A DNA stretch of 64,000 nt from Pecten maximus (taxonomy: Eukaryota), in contig NC_047017.1 in the NCBI RefSeq assembly GCF_902652985.1, positions 21,576,001 through 21,640,000 of the forward strand, given 5' to 3'. The position numbers were made by a program, and so were the translations under genes. This document shows positions 62,532-64,000 of this stretch, piece after piece; positions within the stretch are counted from its first letter, which is position 1, and every line of letters starts with the position of its first letter. The notes below the pieces were generated by a model, which searched no databases, was not told where the DNA came from, and saw only the letters and a list, made by a program, of their open reading frames with translations.

Positions 62532-63973
62532 CTGGGAGATTTTAGATCCTATTTGAATATCAAATTCACACCGTAACGTACACATTGGATTAGATTTCTT
62601 ATATTTGAAGGTTTTAAAATGGACTAAAAGCGACCGTGATAGCCGACGAAGCATCGACTGAAGTAGGCTATATCTTTTAGAGCGGTTTTGCAACGGGCAA
62701 TCTAATTGGTCGACAGCTCTTTAAACAATCTGATTGGTTGACAGCTCTGTAAAAAAATACTACATATGATTGTCGACCAATCAGACTATCCGTTTCGAAA
62801 CGGCTCTAAGATAGTGAGTATACATCTGTTCCACAGTCGATGCATCGTCCGGCCTTCAAGTTTTACACCTTGTTGATATAGTAGGAGAAGAGGCTGACAT
62901 ACTTCGACGTTACACGAAATGCACGGACTATGTCCAGTACACCAGATCATGGATATGAAGTATGCCACATGTCACGTGGCCTGGCTGTTCAGATTGTTAC
63001 CTTGACCTTTCTGAACTAATGACTTTTATACTTTACCTGGGGCAGATGAGAACATGACGAGACAGTGCGGATAGCAGGGGATTGTACAAAAGTCCACGTC
63101 ATCAGACTGGCGCGGGCGAGGAGGGTAATATGACGCACGTGAATTATCAGCTGTAGAAAAGTCAGGGTCATCGCTGTCGTCGGTTTCGTCAGCGAAAGGA
63201 ATTTCATCCAAATTGACTTTCTCTCGAACAGACTGAGAGAGGTCTTGTGATGAGGAGTTCAGATCGTCCTGGTCGGTCTTCAAGTTATCTATCGCAGTGT
63301 TCCCTGTCCCCTCCAATCGCACAGGATTATCTCTGACGTCACCATGATGACCAGGCGGCTGACATACGGCCTCCGTAGTAATGACCCCCCTGTCTATCGA
63401 GTCGGCGTCCGCTGACCGGTGAACGGTCCGGCATGCCTGTAAAAACCAAACAGTTAATCTTGGATTTAGCCCTAATTCAGTCCAATGCTTTCGTTATTGA
63501 ACAATTCCTCATCACGAATCGAGCCAATGAAAAACTGTCTCTAAATTCCAATGAATGTTATTCCACAAGAGAATATGGAAGGGTCAAAATATTTGGAGGC
63601 CAGAACCACATTGGTTTCTTTTGTTGAAACTGCATGTTCAATGCACAACAATACCAAATCGTCATAAAACCCATTACAAATGAAACAGTATACAACAACA
63701 TACAACTTGAAGTATTAATTGCTCTCGTCCAGTTCACCTCTATGACAACTTTAAAAATCACCTGTATGAAGAAGAGTTTGGGTTTCCCACTCAGACATCG
63801 ACATTGGTTCTCTGTAAAAGGTCTGATGATACTATCGGTAGGTATCCAACGGTCGTAGGTGAAGGTCGTGTGTTGTCGCTTCCGTTTATCGTCGGATATC
63901 CTCGTTTCCAGACCGTGTGAGCTGATCAGGCACAGGAAGCAGTCACAGTCCGAGGTCAAAGACGAACGTATTT
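60760..63973 (-). CDS. Caspase-like gene 4, 3' part (exons 4-6; 5' exons outside window)
   Basis: Exons 63973-63762, 63436-63037, 61049-60760; ISSHG, GKPKLFFIQACRT, ends VQVSAV; no lesion in the visible part. Confidence 0.9.
61200..61905. mobile_element. Non-autonomous element with terminal fold-back (Crypton-like architecture) in gene 4 intron 5
   Basis: IR ttttctctcatccc/gggaatgagagaaaa plus ~40-bp-arm hairpin 61815-61905 centred on cggcggagcc. Confidence 0.5.
61903..63133. repeat. Exact 597-bp tandem duplication (61903-62499 = 62537-63133) joined by G32
   Basis: Includes the last 97 nt of gene 4 exon 5 and its donor. Confidence 0.9.
63037..63436 (-). CDS. Gene 4 exon 5 (ACRT plus linker)
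   Basis: ACRTVHRSADADSIDRGV..IPCYPHCLVMFSSAP. Confidence 0.9.
63762..63973 (-). CDS. Gene 4 exon 4 (catalytic His)
   Basis: ORF 63558-63959; 212 nt. Confidence 0.9.
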
Positions 63974-64000
63974 CTGTGTAAAAAAAAACCCCAATTAAAG

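Overview
This is AT-rich, intron-containing animal DNA. The SINE/MITE/LINE repertoire suggests a bivalve mollusc (inference). The main content is a head-to-tail array of four paralogous six-exon caspase-3/6/7-like genes on the minus strand. Gene 1 (32461-20175) is an intact 510-aa ORF. Gene 2 (42924-36702) and gene 3 (55299-47560) each carry one 1-bp frameshift. Gene 4 (>63973-60760) runs out of the window. All exons were hand-spliced with GT-AG junctions and conserved phases. The proteins keep the His/Cys dyad but lack the S1-pocket Arg/Ser that make caspases Asp-specific. They have 115-182-aa inter-subunit linkers and vary mainly in the substrate-binding loops, and genes 2-4 end in a class I PDZ-binding motif. 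The rest is repeats: a young full-length Gypsy LTR element (identical 168-bp LTRs, 5-bp TSD), two 5'-truncated LINEs, SINEs, tiny palindromic MITEs and many minisatellites. Two of the minisatellites are tandem amplifications of gene 1's own splice donors. There is one 141-N gap.
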